From Planctomycetota bacterium (GTDB lineage Bacteria; Planctomycetota; UBA1135; UBA2386): DNA of 64,000 bases. The notes under the pieces are model-generated. The model worked only from the letters and a program-made list of their open reading frames with translations, was not told the DNA's origin and did not search any database. Position numbers and translations under genes: made by a program. Of this stretch, positions 46,954 to 55,931 are shown one piece after another; positions within the stretch are counted from its first letter, which is position 1; every line of letters starts with the position of its first letter. Where the stretch lies: assembly GCA_965228735.1 (NCBI GenBank), contig OZ245838.1, positions 6,176,001 through 6,240,000 on the forward strand, given 5' to 3'.

Positions 46954-47363
46954 TCTTCGTCGACACGAGCGCCTGGTTTGCGCTGCTGGTGCCAGAAGAT
47001 CACAACCACGAACGGGCGTGCGGACAGCACGAGCGAATCCGAGGGCGCGTTCTCGCGACCTCGAGCTTCGTGCTCGACGAGTTGTTCACCCTCTTGAGAG
47101 CCCGTGGCGCCGCGGATCGGGTCGCCGAAGCGGGTGCGTTCTTGTTGGACCCCGAGTACGTGTTCGTCGAGCACGTCGGTCGGGCGGAGTTCATGGCGAG
47201 TTGGGCGCTCTTTCAGCGGTTCTCGGACAAGGGGTGGAGCTTCACCGACTGTTCGAGCTTCGTGCTCATGAATCGGCTCGGGGTCGATGCAGCGTTTGCG
47301 TTCGATCGGCACTTCGAGCAGTACGGCGTCGTGCCGGTCTTGAGCGCCTGGTTACCCGACTGA
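46950..47363 (+). CDS. vapC: PIN-domain (VapC) toxin
   Basis: IFVDTSAW, VLDE, SFTDCSSF and AFAFDRHF, carrying the conserved acidic PIN residues. Confidence 0.93.
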   Translation: MIFVDTSAWFALLVPEDHNHERACGQHERIRGRVLATSSFVLDELFTLLRARGAADRVAEAGAFLLDPEYVFVEHVGRAEFMASWALFQRFSDKGWSFTDCSSFVLMNRLGVDAAFAFDRHFEQYGVVPVLSAWLPD

Positions 47364-47423
47364 CGGTCGGGGGGAGCGCGTTCCGCTGCGACAGGGGCCA
47401 GGCCTGGAGGCGTTGGGGCTGGC

Positions 47424-48800
47424 TCAGGGCTCGTCGCGCACCGACAGCGGCCAGGCCGGGCCGGGGCGGTAGCTCGAGCCGAGGCCGGTCGGGGCCGGGC
47501 CCGCGAGTCGCGATTCGATGGCGCGCACGAAGCCGCCGAGGCCGTTGTGATCCGGTTCGTCCGGGTCGCACCAGACGTGGTGCTGCTGGATCAGGTGCGT
47601 GAGGAGGCGTTCGCGCAGCGTGCTCGCGGGGTCCTCGGTGAGTGCCAGCTGCAGCAGTTCGGGGAACGCCGCGGGCGCGCCGCGATGCGTGACACCAGGC
47701 AACGCGAACAGCGCGCGGCCCGTGTGGATCGTCGGTGTGCCGGCCAGCAGGCTCGTCGTCGCGGCCGGGTGGTTGATCGAGAACGTCGCGGCCGCGCTCG
47801 CGGCGACGGTGTGCGCGTGGCGCGCGGCGACGACCTCGACCTCGGGCGGCTGGTGCAGTTCGGCGAGCAGGTCGGACGGCAGACCGTCGGACGGCGCGGT
47901 GATCACGATCCCCAGCCCCGGATCGACGGCGCGCGCGGCGCGGATCGCGGCCTGCACCAGGTCGCGCGCCGGCACCGGCGCGGCATCGAGCCGCACGCGT
48001 TCGTCGGTGTCGGACTGCAACAGAACGGCGACGTGGTGGGGGCGCGCGAGCGCGAGGTTGTGCTGCACGAGCGGACGCGTCACGCCGTTGGCGCGGCGCC
48101 AGCCGGTGAGCGCATGGCGGATCGCGGCGAGGCCCTGCGGCGCCGCCCGGATGGCGTCGAGCAGGCGGGCGGACAACGCCGGCGGCGTGATCTCACTGCG
48201 CGCGAGGCCGAACGGGCGCGCGCCCGACAGCGTGTGCGCGAGGCTCGCCGCGAGCAGCTGCGGGTCGCGCGGTTCGTCGCGATACTCCCAGGCCTCGCGC
48301 GCGGCCGCCGCGCTGTCGGCGTCGAGGCCGCGGGCGTCGAGCTGCATCGTGCCGGGCAGCAGACCGTCGCCGGTCCATAACGTCGTGATGCCGAGCTCGC
48401 GCGCCGCGAACTGCAGCAGCCGGCGCTCTGCCGTGCGGGCGCCGTGCAGCAGCACGAGCTGCGGGCGCTGCTCGGTGAGCCACTCGAGCACCGCGGGGAA
48501 GAGGCCCTGCAGGTCGCGTTCGAGCCGCGCCATGGTGCGCCGGCCGGGCGCGGTGTCGCGGTCGAGGCCGCGGCGCCGGCACTCGGTCGCGGCGAGTTCG
48601 GTGACGGGCGCGTCCGGACCGCGGGTCGTCGCCTTGCGCATCCGCACCGCTGGCTGCACCTGCGCGCGCCAGAACGAATGGGCGACGGGATCGAGCGACA
48701 GCGCGTCGACCTGGTGGCCACGCTGCACGAGTTCGCGCCCGAGGCGGTCGTGCAGATGGAAGCGGGCGATGCCCGGGTCGGCGAAGACGATGCAGCCCAT
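47424..48800 (-). CDS. Capsule polysaccharide biosynthesis protein (KpsS/KpsC-like, divergent)
   Basis: GLLPGTMQLDARGLDADS, VLLQSDTDERV and SINHPAATTSLLAGTPTIHTGRALF align with KpsS-type motifs. Confidence 0.6.
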   Translation of the reverse strand: MGCIVFADPGIARFHLHDRLGRELVQRGHQVDALSLDPVAHSFWRAQVQPAVRMRKATTRGPDAPVTELAATECRRRGLDRDTAPGRRTMARLERDLQGLFPAVLEWLTEQRPQLVLLHGARTAERRLLQFAARELGITTLWTGDGLLPGTMQLDARGLDADSAAAAREAWEYRDEPRDPQLLAASLAHTLSGARPFGLARSEITPPALSARLLDAIRAAPQGLAAIRHALTGWRRANGVTRPLVQHNLALARPHHVAVLLQSDTDERVRLDAAPVPARDLVQAAIRAARAVDPGLGIVITAPSDGLPSDLLAELHQPPEVEVVAARHAHTVAASAAATFSINHPAATTSLLAGTPTIHTGRALFALPGVTHRGAPAAFPELLQLALTEDPASTLRERLLTHLIQQHHVWCDPDEPDHNGLGGFVRAIESRLAGPAPTGLGSSYRPGPAWPLSVRDEP

Positions 48801-48997
48801 GCTCTCATGGCATGGATCGACCAGCGCGGACAGGCGGCTTGACCGGGGGCTTTACGGCCCGGCGAGCGCGGCGCCGTAACCCCGATGAGACCCGCGCATA
48901 GCACCGCTTCGGCCGGTAGGATCCCTGGCCTGCTCCGCACCTGGCCGGGCGCGTCGGTCACGTTGCTCCAGGCCCACCCTCGCTGAGGATTCCACCT

Positions 48998-50902
48998 ATG
49001 TCGCGATCGTTCTCCCTGGCCCTCCTGGCCGCCTCGCTGCCCTGCGCGTTCGTCGACGCCCAGACCCTGCCGACCGGTTTCGTGAACGAGACGATGGTCA
49101 GCTCGGGCCTCACGGCGCCGCACGACTTCTGCTTCCTGCCGGACGGCCGCGTGCTCATCGCCAACCGGCCGGGCGGCGTGACGCTCTGGGTCGGCGGCTC
49201 GTCCGTTTCGACCGTCGGCAACGTCGCGAACGTGCTGACCGGCAGCGAGCGCGGTCTGCTCAGCATCGAGCCGGACCCGAACTTCCCGACCAACGGCTAC
49301 ATCTACGTCTGGTACTCGAGCACGCAGGACTCGTTCATGCACCTCGACCGGTTCACCTGCACGGGTGACCTGAGCAACCCGGCGAGCACCAACCTGTCGT
49401 TCTCGACGGCGAGCCGGCGCGTGATCCTCGCGGCGGTGCCCGACAACGCGTTCAACCACAACGGCGGCTCGGCGCGCTTCGGTCCGGACGGCATGCTCTA
49501 CATGTGCATCGGTGACGACGCCAACAACTGCACCGCGCAGAACACGTCGTCGCAGCTCGGCTGTCTGCTGCGCATGGATCTCTCGGCGCTGCCCGCGGGC
49601 GGCAGTCTGACCGCGCCGTCGTTCTCGACGCTCGATCCGGGCACCAATCCGCTGAGCAACAATAACGACATCAGCCAGCTCTTGATCGCCTACGGGTTGC
49701 GCAACCCGTTCCGCATGGAGATCGACCAGGTCACCGGCAGCCTCTACATCGGCGACGTCGGGCAGAACGCGGTCGAGGAGTACAGCGAATACGTCTACCC
49801 CGTCACCGGGCCGCTGCCGCTGCGCAACTTCGGCTGGCCGTGGCGCGAGGGCAACAACACGTTCAGCGGCTGCGGCGGCAGCGCGCCGGGTGGCCTCGTG
49901 CCGCCGATCGCGGCGGTCAACCAGGGCGGCGGCTGGGCCTCCGTGATGGGCGGCCCGCGCTACCGCAATCAGGGTGGCACGTTCGATTTCGGTCCGAGCT
50001 ACGAAGGCGTCGCGTTCTTCCACGACTACTACGCCGGGCAGATGCGCGCGCTCGAGTTCAACGGTTCGACGTGGTCGACGCTGCCGCCGGTCGCGGGGCA
50101 GCCCGGCGCGTGGTGGGCCACCGGCTTCTCGCGCGTCACGGCCGTGCGCCAGGGTCCGGACGGTGCGCTCTACTACACGCAGCGTTCGGGCAGCTCGACG
50201 AGCGGCGGCACGTTCGAACGCTTCCGGCCGCTCGGTCCGACCAACAGCGTGGTCTCGGTCAGCGGTGAGTCGCAGCGCACCACGATCGGTGAGACCTTCG
50301 CGCAGCCGTTCCGCGTGCAGGTGCTCGACACGATGAACCAGCCGCTCGCCGGCGGCACGGTGAACTTCAACCTCACGGGCAGCGGCTCGCTGTCGACGAC
50401 CAACCCGGTGATCGCGGACAGCAACGGGTTCGCGCAGACGACGGTCACGGCCGGCACGGGCGGCGGCGGCATCACCGTCACCGCGTCGACCCCGGGTTCG
50501 CAGACCACCGCCGCGGCCAGCCTGTTCGCGCGCAAGCTCAACATGATCCAGGCCGGCACGCTGTCGGTCCTGACCGTGACCAACATCACCACGGCGCCGA
50601 CGCCGCAGGTGCCCTACGTGATCATGGTCGGTTTCCCCGGTGCGCCGGGCGTCACGATCCCCGGCTACGGCTTCCTCTGCGCGGACCCGGCGTCGGCGCT
50701 CACGATCATCATCGAGGACGGCACGGGCATCTTCGGCGGGGTGTCCTACTCGGGCACGGGTGGCACCGGCTCGCCCAACCTGACGAAGATCTACAACCTG
50801 CCGCCGGGGCTGCTCACCGGCCTGCAGCTGAACTTCACGGGCGTGGGCTTCGACGCGGTGGACGGCCCGTTCCTGCTCAACTGCGACACCGAGCAGTACT
50901 AA
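48998..50902 (+). CDS. Secreted PQQ-dependent sugar dehydrogenase-family (GSDH) protein with Ig-like domain and C-terminal module
   Basis: ERGLLSI..DPNF, HNGG...FGPDGMLY..GD, GLRNPFR, GDVGQ and NFGWP..EG motifs, then a Big_1-like QPLAGGTVNF segment. Confidence 0.88.
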   Translation: MSRSFSLALLAASLPCAFVDAQTLPTGFVNETMVSSGLTAPHDFCFLPDGRVLIANRPGGVTLWVGGSSVSTVGNVANVLTGSERGLLSIEPDPNFPTNGYIYVWYSSTQDSFMHLDRFTCTGDLSNPASTNLSFSTASRRVILAAVPDNAFNHNGGSARFGPDGMLYMCIGDDANNCTAQNTSSQLGCLLRMDLSALPAGGSLTAPSFSTLDPGTNPLSNNNDISQLLIAYGLRNPFRMEIDQVTGSLYIGDVGQNAVEEYSEYVYPVTGPLPLRNFGWPWREGNNTFSGCGGSAPGGLVPPIAAVNQGGGWASVMGGPRYRNQGGTFDFGPSYEGVAFFHDYYAGQMRALEFNGSTWSTLPPVAGQPGAWWATGFSRVTAVRQGPDGALYYTQRSGSSTSGGTFERFRPLGPTNSVVSVSGESQRTTIGETFAQPFRVQVLDTMNQPLAGGTVNFNLTGSGSLSTTNPVIADSNGFAQTTVTAGTGGGGITVTASTPGSQTTAAASLFARKLNMIQAGTLSVLTVTNITTAPTPQVPYVIMVGFPGAPGVTIPGYGFLCADPASALTIIIEDGTGIFGGVSYSGTGGTGSPNLTKIYNLPPGLLTGLQLNFTGVGFDAVDGPFLLNCDTEQY

Positions 50903-50915
50903 CGACCGCGCCCGG

Positions 50916-50996
50916 CGTACGGTACGCGGTTCGAGCTGCCGGGGAGCCTGCGGCTTCGCCGCCGGTTCCCCGGCAGTTCGAACCCGGTACCGTACG
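50916..50996. repeat. Palindromic element related to 15098-15192
   Basis: 33-bp arms 50916-50948 and 50964-50996 (29/33 complementary). One arm matches the 15.1 kb arm at 22/27. Confidence 0.85.
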
Positions 50997-51082
50997 GATC
51001 ACGACTGGTGGCCCCTTGACCCGCGGCGGCGGATCCGGATGATGCTCCGCCCCTTTTTCCCTCCCGCTTCCCCGCCCGTCCG

Positions 51083-52417
51083 ATGTCCCGTCCGCTGGCC
51101 GTGATCTGTCTGGCCGCCGGCCTCGGCACGCGCACCAAGGTCAGTCGGCCCAAGGTGTTGCTGCCGTTGTGCGGCCGATCGCTCGCGGCCACCGCGCTGT
51201 CCGCGGTGGCGCCGCTGCAGCCGCGGCGCGTCGTCGCGGTCGTGCACCATCAGAAGGACGCGGTCGAGGCCGAGCTGCGGCGTTCGCTCGCGGGGATGTT
51301 CGGGGACGGCGACCTGATCTTCGTCGACCAGGGTACGCCGCGCGGCACCGGTCACGCGGTCGCGGTCGGGATGGAGGCGCTCGCGGACTTCGACGGCGAC
51401 GTGCTCGTGACCTACGGCGACTGTCCGTTGATCACCGCCGAGACGCTCGCCGAGCTGCGGCGGATCCGCGCCGAACAGGACGCGCCGTGCTCGCTCCTCA
51501 CCGGGTTCGTCGACGAGCCGAAGGGCTACGGTCGCATCCTCCGCGAGGCGAACGGTGAGTTCGCCGGCATCCGCGAGCACCGCGACTGCAGCGCCGAAGA
51601 GCTGCTGATCGACGAGATCAACGCCGGCATCTACTGCTTCGATGCCGCGGCTCTGCGCAGCGCGCTCGCGACGCTCACGCCCGACAACGAGCAGGGCGAG
51701 CTCTACCTCACCGACGCGCCCGTGTGGCTGCGCACGGCGGGCGCGCCGGGGAACGGCAAGGTGCCGACGCTCGAGGTCGAGGACATCGGCGAGATCCAGG
51801 GGGTCAACACGCTCGCCGATCTCGCGATCGCGCGCATCCAGATGCAGGAACGCATCCTCGAGCACCACTTGAGCAACGGTGTCTTGATCACCGACCCGGG
51901 GTCGACGTGGATCGATCACGACGTCGAGATCGGCGCCGACACGACGATCCTGCCGTGCACCGTGATCAGCGCCGGGTGCCGCATCGGCCGCGGCAGCGAG
52001 ATCGGCCCGTTCTCCCACCTGCGCGGCGGCACGGTCGTCGGCGACGGCTGCAAGGTCGGCAACTTCGTCGAGGCCAAGAAGGCGACGCTCGGTGATGGCG
52101 CCAAGGCGGGTCACCTGACCTACCTCGGGGATGCGACGATCGGGCCGCGCACCAACATCGGCGCGGGCACGATCACGGCCAACTACGACGGCGTGAACAA
52201 GCATCCGACGACGATCGGCGCCGACTGCTTCGTCGGCAGCGGCAGTGTCCTCGTGGCGCCGAGCACGATGCAGGACGGCGCGATGACGGGCGCCGGGGCG
52301 ATCGTCAAGCCGGGCAGCGAGCTCGGTGCGAACGAGGTGTGGGTCGGGGTGCCGGCGCGGAAGCTCAAGCAGCGCGAGCGGCCGGCCGGCAAGAACCAGC
52401 GAGCGGGAGGCGGCTGA
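51083..52417 (+). CDS. glmU: Bifunctional UDP-GlcNAc pyrophosphorylase / GlcN-1-P acetyltransferase
   Basis: LAAGLGTR, GTGHAV, GYGRILR, QGELYLTD, GNFVEAK, HLTYLGDA and NYDGVNKH motifs. Confidence 0.96.
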   Translation: MSRPLAVICLAAGLGTRTKVSRPKVLLPLCGRSLAATALSAVAPLQPRRVVAVVHHQKDAVEAELRRSLAGMFGDGDLIFVDQGTPRGTGHAVAVGMEALADFDGDVLVTYGDCPLITAETLAELRRIRAEQDAPCSLLTGFVDEPKGYGRILREANGEFAGIREHRDCSAEELLIDEINAGIYCFDAAALRSALATLTPDNEQGELYLTDAPVWLRTAGAPGNGKVPTLEVEDIGEIQGVNTLADLAIARIQMQERILEHHLSNGVLITDPGSTWIDHDVEIGADTTILPCTVISAGCRIGRGSEIGPFSHLRGGTVVGDGCKVGNFVEAKKATLGDGAKAGHLTYLGDATIGPRTNIGAGTITANYDGVNKHPTTIGADCFVGSGSVLVAPSTMQDGAMTGAGAIVKPGSELGANEVWVGVPARKLKQRERPAGKNQRAGGG

Positions 52418-52418
52418 C

Positions 52419-53366
52419 ATGCGGGGCGAACGACTCAGGGTATTCGCGGGCACGGCCCACCAGGAGCTGGCGCAGGGCATCTGCTCCCACATGGGGGTAC
52501 CGCTCGGCGCCCGCACGCTGGAGCGCTTCCCGGACGGGGAGATCAACCTCAAGGTCGACTGCGACGTGCGTGGCGCCGACGTGTTCGTCGTGCAGCCGAC
52601 CTGTCCGCCGGTGCACGAGCACCTGTTCGAGCTCGTGTCGTTCGCCGACTGCCTGCGGCGGGCCTCGGCCGATCGGATCACGGCGGTGATCCCGTACTTC
52701 GGCTACGCGCGGAAGGATCGCAAGGACGAGGGGCGCGTGCCGATCAACGCCAAGCTCGTCGCCAACCTGCTCGTGACGGCCGGTTATCACCGCGTCGTCG
52801 CGATCGACCTGCACGCGGCCCAGATCCAGGGGTTCTTCGACATCCCCGTCGACCACCTCTACGCCCGGCCCGTCCTCATCGAGCGCGTGCGGCAGCTCAA
52901 GACGCACAACCTGATGATCGTGTCGCCGGACATCGGCGGCACCAAGCTCGCGCGCGCCTACGCGAAGGAGCTCGGCTGCGACCTCGCGATCATCGACAAG
53001 CGGCGCATCAGCGGCGAGAAGACGGTCATCGAGCACATCATCGGTGACGTCAAGGATCGCGACGTGATCCTCGTCGACGACATGGTCAGCACCGGCGGTT
53101 CGATCGTCGACGCGTCCCGCATCGTCAAGGAGAAGGGCGCGCGGTCGGTCTATATCGTCGCGACGCACGCGGTGCTCGCGGGCAACGCGATCGAGAAGCT
53201 CAATTCGGCGCAGGTGGAGAAGATCTTCTTCACCGATTCGGTGCCGATCCCCACGGACAAGCTCGACAAGGTCGAGGTCTGTTCGATCGCGCAGCTGCTC
53301 GCGCGCGCGATCGATCGCATCCACCGCAGCGAGAGCATCAGCATTCTGTTCGAGAGCGAGCGCTGA
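52419..53366 (+). CDS. prs: Ribose-phosphate pyrophosphokinase
   Basis: FPDGE, PYFGYARKDRK, DLHAAQIQGFF and VDDMVSTGGS motifs. Confidence 0.97.
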   Translation: MRGERLRVFAGTAHQELAQGICSHMGVPLGARTLERFPDGEINLKVDCDVRGADVFVVQPTCPPVHEHLFELVSFADCLRRASADRITAVIPYFGYARKDRKDEGRVPINAKLVANLLVTAGYHRVVAIDLHAAQIQGFFDIPVDHLYARPVLIERVRQLKTHNLMIVSPDIGGTKLARAYAKELGCDLAIIDKRRISGEKTVIEHIIGDVKDRDVILVDDMVSTGGSIVDASRIVKEKGARSVYIVATHAVLAGNAIEKLNSAQVEKIFFTDSVPIPTDKLDKVEVCSIAQLLARAIDRIHRSESISILFESER

Positions 53367-53410
53367 CGCGGCGCGATCGACAGGGAATACAACGAACCAG
53401 AGGTAGTGTC

Positions 53411-54055
53411 ATGAAAGTCATCCCGATGAAGGCCGAACGCCGCACGGCGAGGGGTCGCAACCAGCTCGCTCACATTCGCAAGGAGGGCTGGATGCCCGCG
53501 GTGCTCTATGGCGCCGGCAAGGACAACGTGTCGATTGCGATCTCGGAGTGGGAGCTCGACCAGCACGTCAAGGCACGCCAGAAGGTGTTCGAGATCGACA
53601 TCGACGGCAGCACCGAGTCCGCGTTCCTCAAGGAAGTGGCCTGGCACACGCTGAACGACCGGCCGCTGCACGCCGACTTCGTCCGCATCGATCTCGACCA
53701 GCCGATCGAGACCGAGGTCGAGGTGTCTTTGCTCGGCCACGCGGCCGGCCTCAGCAAGGGCGGCACGCTGGTCAAGGACAGCGTGATCCTCAAGCTGCGC
53801 AGCCTGCCGTCCAAGGCCCCGAGCGAGCTCGAGGCCGACGTCACCAAGCTCAACATCGACGACTTCCTGCGCGCCAACGAAGTCGCCCTGCCCGAGGGCG
53901 TCGAGCTGGTCTCGCCCGCCGATCAGGCCATCTGTCACGTCATCGGCCCGCGCGGCCGCAAGAAGGACGACGAGGCCGGTGAGGGTGAGGCGGCGGACGG
54001 CGAGGCCCCGGCCGAGGGCGGTGACGCCGGCGGCGAGGGCGGCGGCGACGCCTGA
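53411..54055 (+). CDS. rplY: 50S ribosomal protein bL25/Ctc
   Basis: RKEGWMPAVLYG, LHADF, GLSKGG motifs and conserved position after prs. Confidence 0.95.
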   Translation: MKVIPMKAERRTARGRNQLAHIRKEGWMPAVLYGAGKDNVSIAISEWELDQHVKARQKVFEIDIDGSTESAFLKEVAWHTLNDRPLHADFVRIDLDQPIETEVEVSLLGHAAGLSKGGTLVKDSVILKLRSLPSKAPSELEADVTKLNIDDFLRANEVALPEGVELVSPADQAICHVIGPRGRKKDDEAGEGEAADGEAPAEGGDAGGEGGGDA

Positions 54056-54191
54056 TCCCCGGTGAACGGCAGGGCCGGGGCCCGCGCGGCACCCCGCTCG
54101 GACCCGCCGCAGGGAGGGGCCGATCGGGCCCCTGCCGACGCTTGTCTTTCGGTCCCTGCCCCGTAAGCTCTTCGCCCCCTCGATCTGCCCC

Positions 54192-54989
54192 ATGGGCTGG
54201 CAATCCATCGCACTCGGCATCGGCAACCCCGGCGCCGAGTACGACGACACCCGACACAACGTCGGGTTCATGGTGCTGGACCTCGTGGCAGAGCGTCTGG
54301 GGCTCGCCTTCTCGCGCCTCGAGCGCCGTGGACCCGACGGGTCGAAGCGGTTCTCGGGCAAGGTGAAGGCGAAGGTCTGCGAGGGTGAGCAGGACGAACG
54401 CCCGTTCGTGCTGGTCAAACCGCAGTCCTACGTGAACCTGTCCGGTGAGATCGCCGCGCCGCTGTTGCGGCACGCGGAGCTGTCGCCGGATTCGCTCTTT
54501 GTCATCGTCGACGACCTGAACCTACCGCTGGGCCGGATCCGTATCCGGCCGTCGGGGAGCGCAGGAGGCCACAACGGCCTCAAGTCCATCCAGCAGATGC
54601 TGGGCACGGACGCGTTTCCTCGTCTCCGTCTCGGTATCGGGCTCGCTCCCCATCTGGCTGATGATCCACATCTGGCTAGTGGGCTGGCTGATGAACTGGC
54701 GTCGCGCGACGCTGGACAGCCGCCAGCCGGAGCGTCCGAAGGACTGCACGCCGCTGAGTGGCGCGACTTCGTCCTGGCTCCATTCCTCCCGGAGGAACGT
54801 GAGGTTCTCGGTCCTGTTCTTGGTCGGGCTGCAGACTGCGTGATCGCGTGGCTCGGTGGCGCCGACCTCCAAACCCTCATGGGGCAATACAACGGCACCG
54901 TCACCTCCGGCGAGGCTCGCGCGAGCGAGCCGCCAGGCAGTGGGGATGCTGATGTGGAGCCCGACGCGGGCACGAGCCCGGGAGACTGA
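54192..54989 (+). CDS. pth: Peptidyl-tRNA hydrolase with internal insertion
   Basis: GIGNPGAEYDDTRHNVGF, KPQSYVNLSG, GGHNGLKSI and RLRLGIG motifs. Confidence 0.95.
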   Translation: MGWQSIALGIGNPGAEYDDTRHNVGFMVLDLVAERLGLAFSRLERRGPDGSKRFSGKVKAKVCEGEQDERPFVLVKPQSYVNLSGEIAAPLLRHAELSPDSLFVIVDDLNLPLGRIRIRPSGSAGGHNGLKSIQQMLGTDAFPRLRLGIGLAPHLADDPHLASGLADELASRDAGQPPAGASEGLHAAEWRDFVLAPFLPEEREVLGPVLGRAADCVIAWLGGADLQTLMGQYNGTVTSGEARASEPPGSGDADVEPDAGTSPGD

Positions 54990-54991
54990 AG

Positions 54992-55606
54992 TTGCAACGC
55001 GAAAGAACCTACGAATGCATGTGCGTCCTCGACAATCGCGAGGTGCGCCAGGGGTGGGAGCCGGTCAAGGAATCGGTTGCCGCCGTCATGACCAAGCACG
55101 GCGCCGAAGTGCTGAGCAGTCGGCGCTGGGACGAGCGCCGGCTCGGCTACCCGATGCGGGGCCAGCAGCGCGGCACGTTCCTGCTGACCTATTTCAAGAC
55201 GGACACGCAGAGCCTCGTCGCGATCCGTCGTGACCTGCAGTTCAACGACGCGGTCATGCGCTTCCTCACGATGCAGTGCGAGGAAGTGCCGGAGACGGCG
55301 TACGAGCCGGAAGCCGAGTTCGACGTGAACGCGATCCCGGTCGACGATGCGCCCGACGTGGAAGAACCGGTGGTCGAGGAGTCGGCAGCCGAGGGCTCGG
55401 CAGCCGAGGAGTCGGCAGCCGAGGGCTCGGCGGGCGGTGACGCCAAGGCCGAAGGTGACGGTGACGGCGAGGGCGACGGCGAGGCCAAGGCCGAGGGCGA
55501 CGCCGACGGCGCTGCGTCCGAGAGTGGCGACGCTCCCGCGGCCGATGCCGATGCGGGCGCCGCCAAGGACGGCGACAGCAAGGACGAGGACAACAAGGAC
55601 GCCTAG
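54992..55606 (+). CDS. rpsF: 30S ribosomal protein bS6 with long acidic tail
   Basis: TTG start. YECM, WDERRLGYPM and VMRFL motifs. Confidence 0.92.
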   Translation: MQRERTYECMCVLDNREVRQGWEPVKESVAAVMTKHGAEVLSSRRWDERRLGYPMRGQQRGTFLLTYFKTDTQSLVAIRRDLQFNDAVMRFLTMQCEEVPETAYEPEAEFDVNAIPVDDAPDVEEPVVEESAAEGSAAEESAAEGSAGGDAKAEGDGDGEGDGEAKAEGDADGAASESGDAPAADADAGAAKDGDSKDEDNKDA

Positions 55607-55609
55607 AAG

Positions 55610-55927
55610 ATGACCACCACCAACACCCCCGATCCCAGCGCCAGCAGCGATTCGGCCGGCAGCAGCGGCAGCGATAGCGGCCCGGCGCGCGGCATGGGCC
55701 CACGGCGTTCGAAGTTCGGCCGGTTCGGCGCCAAGCGCAAGCAGGTCGAGCCCGAGGAGCCGCTGGACTACAAGAACGTCGGCTACCTGAGCAAGTTCGT
55801 CTCGCCCAACGGCCGCATCCTGTCGCGCAAGCGCACGGGCTTCTCCGGCCAGAACCAGCGCAAGCTCGCCGCGGCGATCAAGAACGCGCGCATCGTCGGC
55901 CTCATGCCGTTCGTCGGGAGGGCCTGA
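55610..55927 (+). CDS. rpsR: 30S ribosomal protein bS18 (Cys-less form)
   Basis: LDYKNV..LSKFVSPNGRILSRKRTG...QRKLAAAIKNAR..GLMPF. Confidence 0.96.
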   Translation: MTTTNTPDPSASSDSAGSSGSDSGPARGMGPRRSKFGRFGAKRKQVEPEEPLDYKNVGYLSKFVSPNGRILSRKRTGFSGQNQRKLAAAIKNARIVGLMPFVGRA

Positions 55928-55931
55928 TCCG

